DNA of 64,000 bases from Candidatus Kapaibacterium sp. (GTDB lineage: Bacteria; Bacteroidota; Ignavibacteria; Kapaibacteriales; UBA2268): assembly GCA_963665665.1 (NCBI GenBank), contig OY762428.1, positions 3,136,001-3,200,000 of the forward strand, read 5' to 3'. The notes below the pieces were generated by a model. It worked only from the letters and a program-made list of their open reading frames with translations. It did no database searches and was not told the origin of the DNA. Positions 48,761 to 58,047 of the stretch are shown here, piece after piece; position 1 is the first letter of the stretch, and every line of letters starts with the position of its first letter. Position numbers and translations under genes: made by a program.

Positions 48761-50179
48761 ATGAAAAAGTTAATTTTAATATTGATCGGAATTATTTTAA
48801 TAAGTCCTGTTGCAAAATCGCAGTTTATCGAAGATGCTCTGAGGTTTTCACAACCCAATAGTATCATCACTGCCAGGGCAGGCGGCCTTGGTACTGCATT
48901 CCACGGTGTTAGTGATGATTTCTCAGCTCTGTATTATAATCCTGCCGGATTGTCGCTTATGCAGAAAAGGGAGCTTACTTTTGGCTTTGGATTCCTGAGA
49001 AATACTACTGAAACAGATTATCATGACGTTGTAATGGATTTATCTGCAAATGATGCTTACCTTAGCCACTTTGGTATTGTAGCTCCTTTCACAACGAGTA
49101 AGGGTAAGGCTGCAATAGCTATCGGCTATATGCTGGAATCCAATTTTGACAATACCTACGATTTCAGCGGGTTCAACCAGAACTCTACATATATTGACTT
49201 CCGCGCTCGTAATGACGGTGAAGATAATATGCCTTATTATCTGAATCTGGCAGATCTGAAAGGAGAGTCAATCTTTACACCTGTAACCGACAGCCTGCTT
49301 CAGGAAGGTAGCGTTATAGAAAATGGCGGACTTCACAATATTACAGGCGGCGCCGGATTCGACCTTAATAAAAACGTATCAATAGGTTTCTCGGTTACCG
49401 GAAAATGGGGAACTTATGATTTCAACAGGGAATACATGGAAAAAGACATTTTCAACAAGTACAATGAATTCGTAAGTGATTATTCGAATGTTGACCTGGA
49501 TTACATGAAGGTTGAAGAGCAGATAACCCAGAATATCTCCGGTATAACCGGTTCTGTTGGAATCCAGGGTCGTGTTGGCGAGAATATCCGCCTTGGTGTG
49601 GGAGTAAAGTTCCCGACTTTCTATTCTATTGAAGAAAACTATTGGGAAGAAGCAACTGCCGGATTTGATAATGGCGATTATATTACTGAGCCTTATCAAA
49701 ATGAAGGAGAAACATCGTACAAACTGAGATCACCATGGATATTTTCGGCAGGTTTGTCGGTTCATGCTATGGGTATCACTTTCACGAGCGGCGTGGAATA
49801 CTGCGATGTTACACAGATTGAATTCTCAGATGCCACGAAAGCGGTTGAATCTTTGAATAAGTATATCCTTAGGGAACTTGTAGGCCAGACTACATGGGGA
49901 TTCGGAGTTGAATATGACATTCCGATGATGCCATTCGTTGTAAGGGGTAGTTTTAGTTCTACCACTTCGCCATATTCAGAAGATGTTCCGGGTGCTACAC
50001 TATCGAACCTTTCCCTTGGCGGAGGTGTTTATCTGGCAAAGAATGTCAGGATAGACGGACTCTTCAGGTTTTCCGACCTGACACAGGTTCGTTCTAATTA
50101 CGGAACTGACGAAAGTGCAAGATATACTTATAATGTTAGCCCGCTTAATATCGCGATGCAGCTTACCTACAGATACTGA
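48761..50179 (+). CDS. OmpP1/FadL family outer-membrane transport protein
   Basis: EDALRFS, TARAGGLG.AF, SALYYNPAGL, PTFY, LRSPW and terminal LTYRY. Confidence 0.85.
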   Translation: MKKLILILIGIILISPVAKSQFIEDALRFSQPNSIITARAGGLGTAFHGVSDDFSALYYNPAGLSLMQKRELTFGFGFLRNTTETDYHDVVMDLSANDAYLSHFGIVAPFTTSKGKAAIAIGYMLESNFDNTYDFSGFNQNSTYIDFRARNDGEDNMPYYLNLADLKGESIFTPVTDSLLQEGSVIENGGLHNITGGAGFDLNKNVSIGFSVTGKWGTYDFNREYMEKDIFNKYNEFVSDYSNVDLDYMKVEEQITQNISGITGSVGIQGRVGENIRLGVGVKFPTFYSIEENYWEEATAGFDNGDYITEPYQNEGETSYKLRSPWIFSAGLSVHAMGITFTSGVEYCDVTQIEFSDATKAVESLNKYILRELVGQTTWGFGVEYDIPMMPFVVRGSFSSTTSPYSEDVPGATLSNLSLGGGVYLAKNVRIDGLFRFSDLTQVRSNYGTDESARYTYNVSPLNIAMQLTYRY

Positions 50180-50204
50180 TTTTACAATAATAAATAAAAT
50201 ATTC

Positions 50205-50238
50205 AGCCCTGACCTTTGAAGTTAGGGCTTTTTTTTTT
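50205..50238 (+). terminator. Rho-independent terminator
   Basis: AGCCCTGAC...GTTAGGGCT followed by a T-tract. Confidence 0.75.
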
Positions 50239-50328
50239 AAATTATAGTTCGGAGCGTAATGAACAGGCAGAGTAAGAAAGTAGCAAGTCAGGCGGAAGAT
50301 ATTCAAACAACAATATTGGGTTTTGATC

Positions 50329-51633
50329 ATGAAATATTTATGGTATTTTATACTTGTTATAATGTTATTATCCTGCGGGGAGGACAATCCTTCAACACCC
50401 GGTGACGGCGGCCCTTATCCTGATGATAATGTGGTCTGCGATATTGAATACAGGGACGATGCCATGATTGTTGAATCATCTGCCTTGCTAACTTGCGATA
50501 CTGTCAACCCTGAATCTGCATTCGATGAAAAAATTATTAACCTGACTGTTGATAAAGAACTTTTTGGCCCGCCGCCTATGGCCGGGGATGTTTTTTTTAT
50601 TAAAGGGTATGGCACGAGAAAAGTTATATCAGTTGATGATCATGGTTCATTCATGATAATTGAAAGTGAATTTGCAGCGCTTACCGAAGCAGTAAAAAAT
50701 GCTAATATATCATGGGATTTTACGCCTGTTATTGAAGAACCGGGGATAATCAACGTTGAAGGTGTTGATCACAGGCCCGTAAGGATAAGCACCGAAGGTT
50801 ATGAATACAGCTTTGAATGGGGTAATAATAAATATACCTTATGGTTCAATCCTAAAGGAACAAGTGAAAACGGCCTGCCTGAAATGCAGGTGAATTTTAT
50901 TGTTGAGAATAAAATTGATGCTGATGGAAAAGTTACTGCAACTTACGGTGCCAAGGGAACAACAAGGCTTCCGCATATTTCAGCCGATATTGATATTCAG
51001 GACAGTGAACTAACCGGATTTACAACAAACAACAGCGGTTACCACAGTGAATTTACTCTTGAATATATTGCTACGTTTTCCCCGGGCAGCGAAGGCACTC
51101 AGATACTGACAATGCCGAATATTACTTTGAAAGTGCCGCTTCAGTCGCTTACTGCTATTCCTATTCCGATTCCTATATATATTAACTTTGGCCTGGGATT
51201 CCAGACTTATCTTAATCTTCCGCAAGTTCAGGCTTTTTGCAATGCAAAGGTGAAAATGATAATGGACTCGAAAACAGGTTTTGAATTTAAAGGGCCAAGC
51301 GTGGGATTCAACTATAAGGTGGGTAAAAAGGATCTTGGTGACTGTACTTTCGAAGTAGGGGACCTTTCGCTTTGCCCCACCGGAATTGAAATGAAATGGG
51401 AAGTATTATGCCCGAGAATTGCCCTGAATGTTATGGGGCAGGAGGTTTGCTGGATTGCTCCTATATTCGGAAGCAGGACTAAACTGATAGTGCCTTCGCT
51501 TTGCAAGGCGCAGATGACACAGGTCAGGCTGGAAGGCGGTTACGGATTTAAAATTTTTGGAAATAGTATAGCAGAAGGAAAAAAAGTTTTTTTCAATGCT
51601 GATAAAACTTATAAATCACCGGAATGTCCTTAA
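50329..51633 (+). CDS. Hypothetical beta-rich lipoprotein
   Basis: Lipobox LLSC-GEDNP; long ORF with no recognised catalytic motif. Confidence 0.7.
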   Translation: MKYLWYFILVIMLLSCGEDNPSTPGDGGPYPDDNVVCDIEYRDDAMIVESSALLTCDTVNPESAFDEKIINLTVDKELFGPPPMAGDVFFIKGYGTRKVISVDDHGSFMIIESEFAALTEAVKNANISWDFTPVIEEPGIINVEGVDHRPVRISTEGYEYSFEWGNNKYTLWFNPKGTSENGLPEMQVNFIVENKIDADGKVTATYGAKGTTRLPHISADIDIQDSELTGFTTNNSGYHSEFTLEYIATFSPGSEGTQILTMPNITLKVPLQSLTAIPIPIPIYINFGLGFQTYLNLPQVQAFCNAKVKMIMDSKTGFEFKGPSVGFNYKVGKKDLGDCTFEVGDLSLCPTGIEMKWEVLCPRIALNVMGQEVCWIAPIFGSRTKLIVPSLCKAQMTQVRLEGGYGFKIFGNSIAEGKKVFFNADKTYKSPECP

Positions 51634-51655
51634 TTATATTAATTGCGAGGTTAAC

Positions 51656-52186
51656 TTGGATTCGATTTTAAACGAAGATATTATCCCGAAAATACTTGTT
51701 GTTGACGACTCAACAACTTTGCTTTCGTTGATAAAAGGTGTATTAACCGTAAACAAATATGAAGTGATTACTGCTGAAAGCGGAGCAGCTGCTATTGAAA
51801 CAGCATATAATGATTTTCCTGACCTTATATTACTTGATATAATGATGCCGGGAATGGATGGTTTTGAGACCTGTAAAATATTAAAAAGCAACGAAATTAC
51901 AGCAAATATTCCTGTAATATTCCTGACTGCAAAAACATCAAAGCAGGATATAGTGGAAGGGCTTGAATGCGGCGGGGTTGACTACATTACAAAACCATTT
52001 GATAATAAAGAATTGCTTGCCAGAATTTATACTCATCTTGAACTTAAATATGCACGGCAAATAATTGAAGAGCAGAAAATTGAATTGGAAAATCTTGTTG
52101 AGGAACTTCGTATAAGCAATGAAATGCTTGAAGAAAGAACTCATGACCTTCTTGTTTTAAGAGAAAAAATGGGTGAATCAGATTAG
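51656..52186 (+). CDS. Response regulator (receiver plus coiled coil)
   Basis: Probable TTG start after GAGG; ILVVDD, PDLILLDIMMPGMDGFE, IFLTAK and DYITKPF. Confidence 0.9.
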   Translation: MDSILNEDIIPKILVVDDSTTLLSLIKGVLTVNKYEVITAESGAAAIETAYNDFPDLILLDIMMPGMDGFETCKILKSNEITANIPVIFLTAKTSKQDIVEGLECGGVDYITKPFDNKELLARIYTHLELKYARQIIEEQKIELENLVEELRISNEMLEERTHDLLVLREKMGESD

Positions 52187-52208
52187 AAGTGTATTCTGAT
52201 AAATATCT

Positions 52209-52601
52209 TTACTTTGGTTCCCAGGATGAACCGTCACAAGGTATGTAATCAGAACTTACATGTTCGTCATAAATCCGGCAAAACTGTCCGGATTTTTCAA
52301 AATGCCGACATGTTCCGCAAAGAGTTTCCTCCTCGAATTTATCGATTCTTTTATTAAAAGCCTGAAACTGCCTGTAAGCAGGCCAGGCTACCAGGAACCA
52401 CATCAGGAAAAGAACGTACCACCAGTATTTGTATAGTTCGTAATATTGAAAAATTACAATACTCAAAAATATTATTATTGATGCCCGTATTAGAATTCCC
52501 CATACAATCGAGCCTGTTGTTACTATTGGCTGTGTTGAAGAGTTGTCGTCATCGCTTGCTTCGCGAAACATCAGAATATTTTTTATTTTCTCGGTATCCA
52601 T
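52209..52601 (-). CDS. Small membrane protein with a C-terminal Cys cluster
   Basis: Two TM helices followed by CGTCRHF...FC...H...PC...W. Confidence 0.7.
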   Translation of the reverse strand: MDTEKIKNILMFREASDDDNSSTQPIVTTGSIVWGILIRASIIIFLSIVIFQYYELYKYWWYVLFLMWFLVAWPAYRQFQAFNKRIDKFEEETLCGTCRHFEKSGQFCRIYDEHVSSDYIPCDGSSWEPK

Positions 52602-52922
52602 TACTCACCGTTATGATTATTCTTTCACTTGCAATAACGCAATGATACGGAAATAATTTCATTTAGCAGCAGCTTAGGGATAATTGTATGTTTTGTTTCC
52701 CTGTATTACTGCCATGAAGAATAGGAAAAGATCAAATCAAAAAAAATCATTAGATATGTGTGTATAATTAAATATAATATATTCAACTATTTAAAAACAT
52801 ACTATCATGTCGATCTCCGGAAAAATTGAAATAAATAAGAAATGAGTGCATCATTTTTCATCTTTGTGTCTCTTACTACTAAATTCAGAAATGATGTATT
52901 TTTTAACTCGAAGGGTATAACG

Positions 52923-55301
52923 ATGAAGATATTCGAGGCAATATGCTTTTGCTTAATTATGATTTTTGCAGTAACCAACTATTCGGAAGCAACGGAAAGA
53001 ACAAACTTTGTAAGGGGCAGAATTGTAGATGCTGATGTTAAAACGGCTATTGTGGGTGCGACAGTTCAGGTGCTGACAACTGAACCGGCAAGAGGCGGAT
53101 ATACTGATAAAAACGGTGAATTTAAAATTGACGGCGTACCGCTGGGAAGGCATACTTTAAGAATAACATCCATAGGATACAAACCAAAAATTATTGATAA
53201 TGTTATTGTAATATCCGGTAAAGAAACCTACCTGAATGTATATATGGATGAAAGTGTAATACAAACTGAAGATATTAAAGTGGTTGCTAATAAAAACCAC
53301 TCTGAATCAATTAATGAGATAATTACAAATAGTGTTGTAACTTTTGAACCGGAAACTATTAACAGGTTTGCCGGCGCCAGGGGAGATATTAGTAAAATTG
53401 CGGCTACAAGTGCCGGCGCTGTAAGCAGTGCGAACCTGAGAAATGATATTATTATCCGTGGAAACTCTCCGCTCGGAGTGTTGTGGATGGTAGAAGGGGC
53501 CGAAATTCCAAATCCGAACCATTTTATGGTATCTGCTTCCGGCGGCGGGATCTTTGGTATTATAAATAATAACATGCTTGCATCAAGCGACTTTATGACC
53601 GGGGCTTTCCCGGCTGAATACGGCAACAAAATGGCGGGTGCATTCGATGTGAAGCTGAGAAACGGGAATAACAAAAACTACGAGCACACTTTTCAGTTGG
53701 GGCTTAACGGGCTGGAATTCGGATCGGAAGGCCCTTTCAGCAGCGACAGCAGGGCATCTTATGTTGCAAATGGGCGATTCGTAACATTGCAGCCTGTTAC
53801 TGCCATGGGTGTGGATATTGAAGTGGATGCTGTCCCGGAATACATGGACGGAACTTTTAAAGTAAACCTGCCGACTGATGACATAGGTTCATTGTCTGTC
53901 TGGGGGCTGGGCGGATACAGCAATGTAAATATGAAGGACAGCGAGGACGAAGATATAAACTGGACTGATTCAACTGTGATTGAAGATACGAAAATGAGAT
54001 CGAGTATGTATGCCATTGGAATGAACCACAAATGTTTTTTTGGCGATAACACGCTCGGCGAATTCATCCTTTCAAATTCTGCCAGTATTATCCGGACAGA
54101 AGATGAAAATGTTTACCTGAATAAACCCAAAATAAAAGAAGAAAAATTCGAAGGAACCGAGGGAAGATTTCTTGCTAAATATCTTCTTACCCATAAATTC
54201 AACAGGAATATTCTAATCAGGGCGGGGCTTTCATATACCTTACTTTACTATGACCTGGATATGTTTGCCTGGAATGAGGATGAAAATAAATATCGCACTA
54301 CTCTTGCAGAGAAGAATAACTCAGGTTTATTCAGAACTTTCATGCACTGGCAGTGGCGTCCAAATGAAATTATCGAACTAAATGCCGGTATGAATTATCA
54401 GCAGTTACAACTAAATAATACAAAATCAATAGAACCCAGGGCCTCAATAAAAATAAATACAAGTGAAACACAAAGCATTTCTTTTGCTTACGGATTACAC
54501 AGCCAGGTTCACCCCCTGCTATATTATTTCTATCAGTTTGAAAAAGACGGGGAAATGGTCGCAACAAATAAAAATCTTGAAATGAGTAAAGCTCATCACT
54601 TTGTTCTGGGTTTCCAGGAATCTATAAACAGTGATTTTTTTGTAAAAGCTGAAGCTTACTACCAGGATCTGTATGATATACCGGTTTCCAAAACCGAAGG
54701 CGATGAATATTATTCTTTTTCTAATCTCGGAGGTGTGTTCCATTTCGATCCCGAACCGGATCTTGTAAATGACGGTAAAGGCAAAAACTATGGCCTTGAT
54801 ATAACATTGAGCAAAAGAATGAGTAACGGGTACTATATGATGCTGACCGGCTCACTGTTTGAATCAAAATATACCGACGGGCTTGGCCGCGAACACAGCA
54901 CGGCTTTTGATCTGGGACATGTTGTAAACTTCCTGGGTGGTATTGAATATGAACTTGATGACGATAGTAAATATACTCTCTCGGCAGACTTTAAAATGAC
55001 TCACTCCGGCGGAAGAAGAGCCATGCCTGTTGATATAGCAGCATCTATGGCTGAAAAAGACGTTGTTTACGATAATACAAGGCCTTATGAAAATCAGTAC
55101 GACGATTATTTCGCCCTGGACCTGAAGATCGGTTTTAATATTAATATGGAATCAGTTACACATAATTTCTTTATTGCCGCTGACAATGTAACCAATCAAA
55201 AGAATGTTTTCGAGGAGGAATGGGACAGCGCGGAAAACAAACTTGACAAGCAGTATCAACTGGGAATTTTCCCCTATCTCGGCTACAGGCTTAATTTTTA
55301 G
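52923..55301 (+). CDS. TonB-dependent receptor with an N-terminal carboxypeptidase-regulatory-like domain
   Basis: GRIVDAD...IVGATV, RNDIIIRGNSP, EIPNPNHF, GAFPAEYGN, EPRAS, KAEAYYQ and terminal YRLNF. Confidence 0.9.
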   Translation: MKIFEAICFCLIMIFAVTNYSEATERTNFVRGRIVDADVKTAIVGATVQVLTTEPARGGYTDKNGEFKIDGVPLGRHTLRITSIGYKPKIIDNVIVISGKETYLNVYMDESVIQTEDIKVVANKNHSESINEIITNSVVTFEPETINRFAGARGDISKIAATSAGAVSSANLRNDIIIRGNSPLGVLWMVEGAEIPNPNHFMVSASGGGIFGIINNNMLASSDFMTGAFPAEYGNKMAGAFDVKLRNGNNKNYEHTFQLGLNGLEFGSEGPFSSDSRASYVANGRFVTLQPVTAMGVDIEVDAVPEYMDGTFKVNLPTDDIGSLSVWGLGGYSNVNMKDSEDEDINWTDSTVIEDTKMRSSMYAIGMNHKCFFGDNTLGEFILSNSASIIRTEDENVYLNKPKIKEEKFEGTEGRFLAKYLLTHKFNRNILIRAGLSYTLLYYDLDMFAWNEDENKYRTTLAEKNNSGLFRTFMHWQWRPNEIIELNAGMNYQQLQLNNTKSIEPRASIKINTSETQSISFAYGLHSQVHPLLYYFYQFEKDGEMVATNKNLEMSKAHHFVLGFQESINSDFFVKAEAYYQDLYDIPVSKTEGDEYYSFSNLGGVFHFDPEPDLVNDGKGKNYGLDITLSKRMSNGYYMMLTGSLFESKYTDGLGREHSTAFDLGHVVNFLGGIEYELDDDSKYTLSADFKMTHSGGRRAMPVDIAASMAEKDVVYDNTRPYENQYDDYFALDLKIGFNINMESVTHNFFIAADNVTNQKNVFEEEWDSAENKLDKQYQLGIFPYLGYRLNF

Positions 55302-55557
55302 TCAAAAATCTATAAATATAAAAAATGCGGATAATTCATGGGGCTTCGGCCCCTGTTTTTTTTGCGAAGTAAAGAGTTCTAAATATTTAAAAAATTGCTT
55401 ATCGGGATCTCTCGTTCCCCGAAAAATTTTACTCTTATAATAGCTACCTGCTTTGGCTCGTGGATAAGAACGGAGCGACACAGAGGGATAAGATAACATC
55501 GCCTGTTCTGCGCCGGCGAAGGGGGGGGGGCAGGGTAACAGTTATGACTATGAACTC

Positions 55558-55629
55558 GCATCTAAGCCCCTGCTTAGATGTGATGTTTTTTTTCTGTAGA
55601 ATTTACCTTCCCAAGCGGGGCTTGGGAAG
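55558..55629. repeat. Pair of AAGC...GCTT-core hairpins (REP-like)
   Basis: CATCTAAGC-CCCT-GCTTAGATG and CTTCCCAAGC-GGG-GCTTGGGAAG, similar to GCGAAGCCGGGGCTTCGC near 2015-2032. Confidence 0.5.
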
Positions 55630-55724
55630 TATTCAAACGCTATCCATTTATTTATTCTGTAAATGGAAAAGAGTAGTTCAATAACAAAACCCCGGCTGTG
55701 GCAAGCAGTCGGGGCAAACAATTT

Positions 55725-58043
55725 CTATTGGATAACTAATTTGAAATCAAAAATTTTATCAGAGGAAGTTACCTTAATAAAATATGCTCCATTTAATAAA
55801 TCACCCGGTAATTTGTACTGAATATCCTGGCGTATGGCTCCGAAAAGAGATAGTTTTTCTTTCTTTATCGTTCTTCCGCTAAGGTCAATCAATTCAATTA
55901 TTGTCTCACCGGCAAATTCATCATTCAAAGTCAAAGTAATCAAAGAGCCGGGATGAGCGGGATTAGGAAAAATATTTGCCTTAATGCCCTGGGTTTCTTC
56001 AACTGATGTGATCGGATTATATTCTATAGCGCATAAAAAGCCTGCATCATGTTGATATGGAAAATGAGGATCAAAGGCATTGTATATCGGAAAATCATAG
56101 CTTTCTGTCATTCCTGATAGATATATTCTTCCTGTACTGTCAATTGCCGATCCTCTCAATTCATTGAACCACCCTCTTCCTGCAAGATATGAACAATATA
56201 AAACACTATCCAACTTACTACTTATTACCATAACAAAGCCTCTGTTTTCACCCAGAAATTGACTATCCGTCGTTGTTAATGCATCATTTGTAACATCTAA
56301 TTCTCCCCCTTGTCCTGTTCCTGATACAATATAACAATTATCAGGAGTCCGGTCAAACTGAATCATATCATAAGGGTAGGTTTGTCCGTATGTTGAAATT
56401 ATCTCATTTCCGCTCAAAATGTTCTTTTTAATTAAGAACAATACCATACCAGATTCTGTATCCGTAGTTTTATGTGCTCCTGGAGTAGTGGTAATATCTT
56501 CTTCCTCTGTCAAGCCAAATATTTGAAAATTGTTGTTACCAGAATATAATACATATTGGATTCTAAGTAACTCCTCATATGTTTGGTATAATGTAGTTTT
56601 ATAGTCTGATAAATCTAAAAGACTATAATATGCAGAATCGATTTCTGTTGAATAAACATCAACACCTGATAAACAAAGCGTATCTTCAAAAAGAGTACAA
56701 AACATTAACTCGGTTTGTTTTCCTCTTCCGTAATACGAAGAGAATTTAATTTCAGAACCATTAGCGCCTAAAATTGTTATAAATCCGTCAAATTTCTGTT
56801 TCTTTTCTTTTCGTATAGCATTTTCGGTTGTAAATATATTTGTATTTTCATTAATCGATCCAACATGATAACAATTACCTTTGTCGTCTATTTCAATAAA
56901 ATCATGGGAAAAATAACCATCTGCTATTTCCCAAAAAGAACCATTATATAAAGAATCACCTGTATTCGATAGATTTACTGAATAATACATATCATTTCTA
57001 ATAGAAAAATCAGGATTTCCCAAATATGCATGATCACAAACAGGCATAGTATCTCTTGAAAAACCATATAACTTATAGGAACCATCATTAAGAAAGGCTA
57101 TTTTATGTATCATGAATTCCGGAAAATGACTTAACCACAAAGGATATTTCCCGTCCCTGTCAAAACAGCATACGACTCCTTCGACTTCTCCCCGTGCAAT
57201 ATTATATCTTTTCAATGAATCAGGGAAATACATTTTATCAAAAATGTACATTCCGAAAACCGGATTATTATCCTGATTAACACAAATTGACAATCCTGAT
57301 GCATCGGCCCCCCCAAGAAAAGTTGAAAAAACTGTCGGATCGATTATCAATTCCTCTGTTTCGTCATATTTACCGAGTTTAAATGTCAGGTGCTTGCCGT
57401 CGTAAATAACAGGTGAACAATCTATTGGCTGCAATTGATATTCAGATTTTTGAAAAGCTTTCAGCGCCCCGTGCGTATATTCTACATTACCTGAAACAAC
57501 TTTGAAGTTGCCATTATCAGAATAATCAAGATGCCCCTCGCCTTGGAATTCAATTTTCAAATTACCTGGATTAGCACCGGGAGGAAGGATAATATCATAT
57601 CTCGGTTTGTGACTATCAATTGTCAGTTTCAGGCTAAAATCCTGGTAATCAACCGTTATTTCACGATAAGATTTAACCGAAACGGCTTTATTGCTTTTAT
57701 GATCATAAAAGTAATTATGAACAGTCGGTTTCTCACCATTGGTATTCAAATTAATAACTTTATTGCGTTGATTGTCTGATGAAAATAACAACATATAGGC
57801 GCAACCGATTATGGTATCATGAGCATTTGATTCATATTTACCGGGGCTTTTCAGCCCCGGTTTAATATTATAATGATCAAATACAAGCCCGTCCCCGGTT
57901 ATCCATACATTGATACCATCAGCAGAAGCTTTGGCCAATATGTTTTCCGGCCACTGCCCGGCGTTCGGAATAATGGATTCTTCGGAATAAACAAATCCGG
58001 CGGAAAGGAATAAAATACAAAATAAAACTACTGCATTTCTCAT
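55725..58043 (-). CDS. SBBP-like beta-propeller protein with T9SS sorting domain
   Basis: IPNAGQWP, RYDIILPPGANP, YDETEELIIDP.VFSTFLGG, GMTESYDFP and C-terminal IFPNPA...LLNGAYFIKV. Confidence 0.8.
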   Translation of the reverse strand: MRNAVVLFCILFLSAGFVYSEESIIPNAGQWPENILAKASADGINVWITGDGLVFDHYNIKPGLKSPGKYESNAHDTIIGCAYMLLFSSDNQRNKVINLNTNGEKPTVHNYFYDHKSNKAVSVKSYREITVDYQDFSLKLTIDSHKPRYDIILPPGANPGNLKIEFQGEGHLDYSDNGNFKVVSGNVEYTHGALKAFQKSEYQLQPIDCSPVIYDGKHLTFKLGKYDETEELIIDPTVFSTFLGGADASGLSICVNQDNNPVFGMYIFDKMYFPDSLKRYNIARGEVEGVVCCFDRDGKYPLWLSHFPEFMIHKIAFLNDGSYKLYGFSRDTMPVCDHAYLGNPDFSIRNDMYYSVNLSNTGDSLYNGSFWEIADGYFSHDFIEIDDKGNCYHVGSINENTNIFTTENAIRKEKKQKFDGFITILGANGSEIKFSSYYGRGKQTELMFCTLFEDTLCLSGVDVYSTEIDSAYYSLLDLSDYKTTLYQTYEELLRIQYVLYSGNNNFQIFGLTEEEDITTTPGAHKTTDTESGMVLFLIKKNILSGNEIISTYGQTYPYDMIQFDRTPDNCYIVSGTGQGGELDVTNDALTTTDSQFLGENRGFVMVISSKLDSVLYCSYLAGRGWFNELRGSAIDSTGRIYLSGMTESYDFPIYNAFDPHFPYQHDAGFLCAIEYNPITSVEETQGIKANIFPNPAHPGSLITLTLNDEFAGETIIELIDLSGRTIKKEKLSLFGAIRQDIQYKLPGDLLNGAYFIKVTSSDKIFDFKLVIQ

Positions 58044-58047
58044 TATA

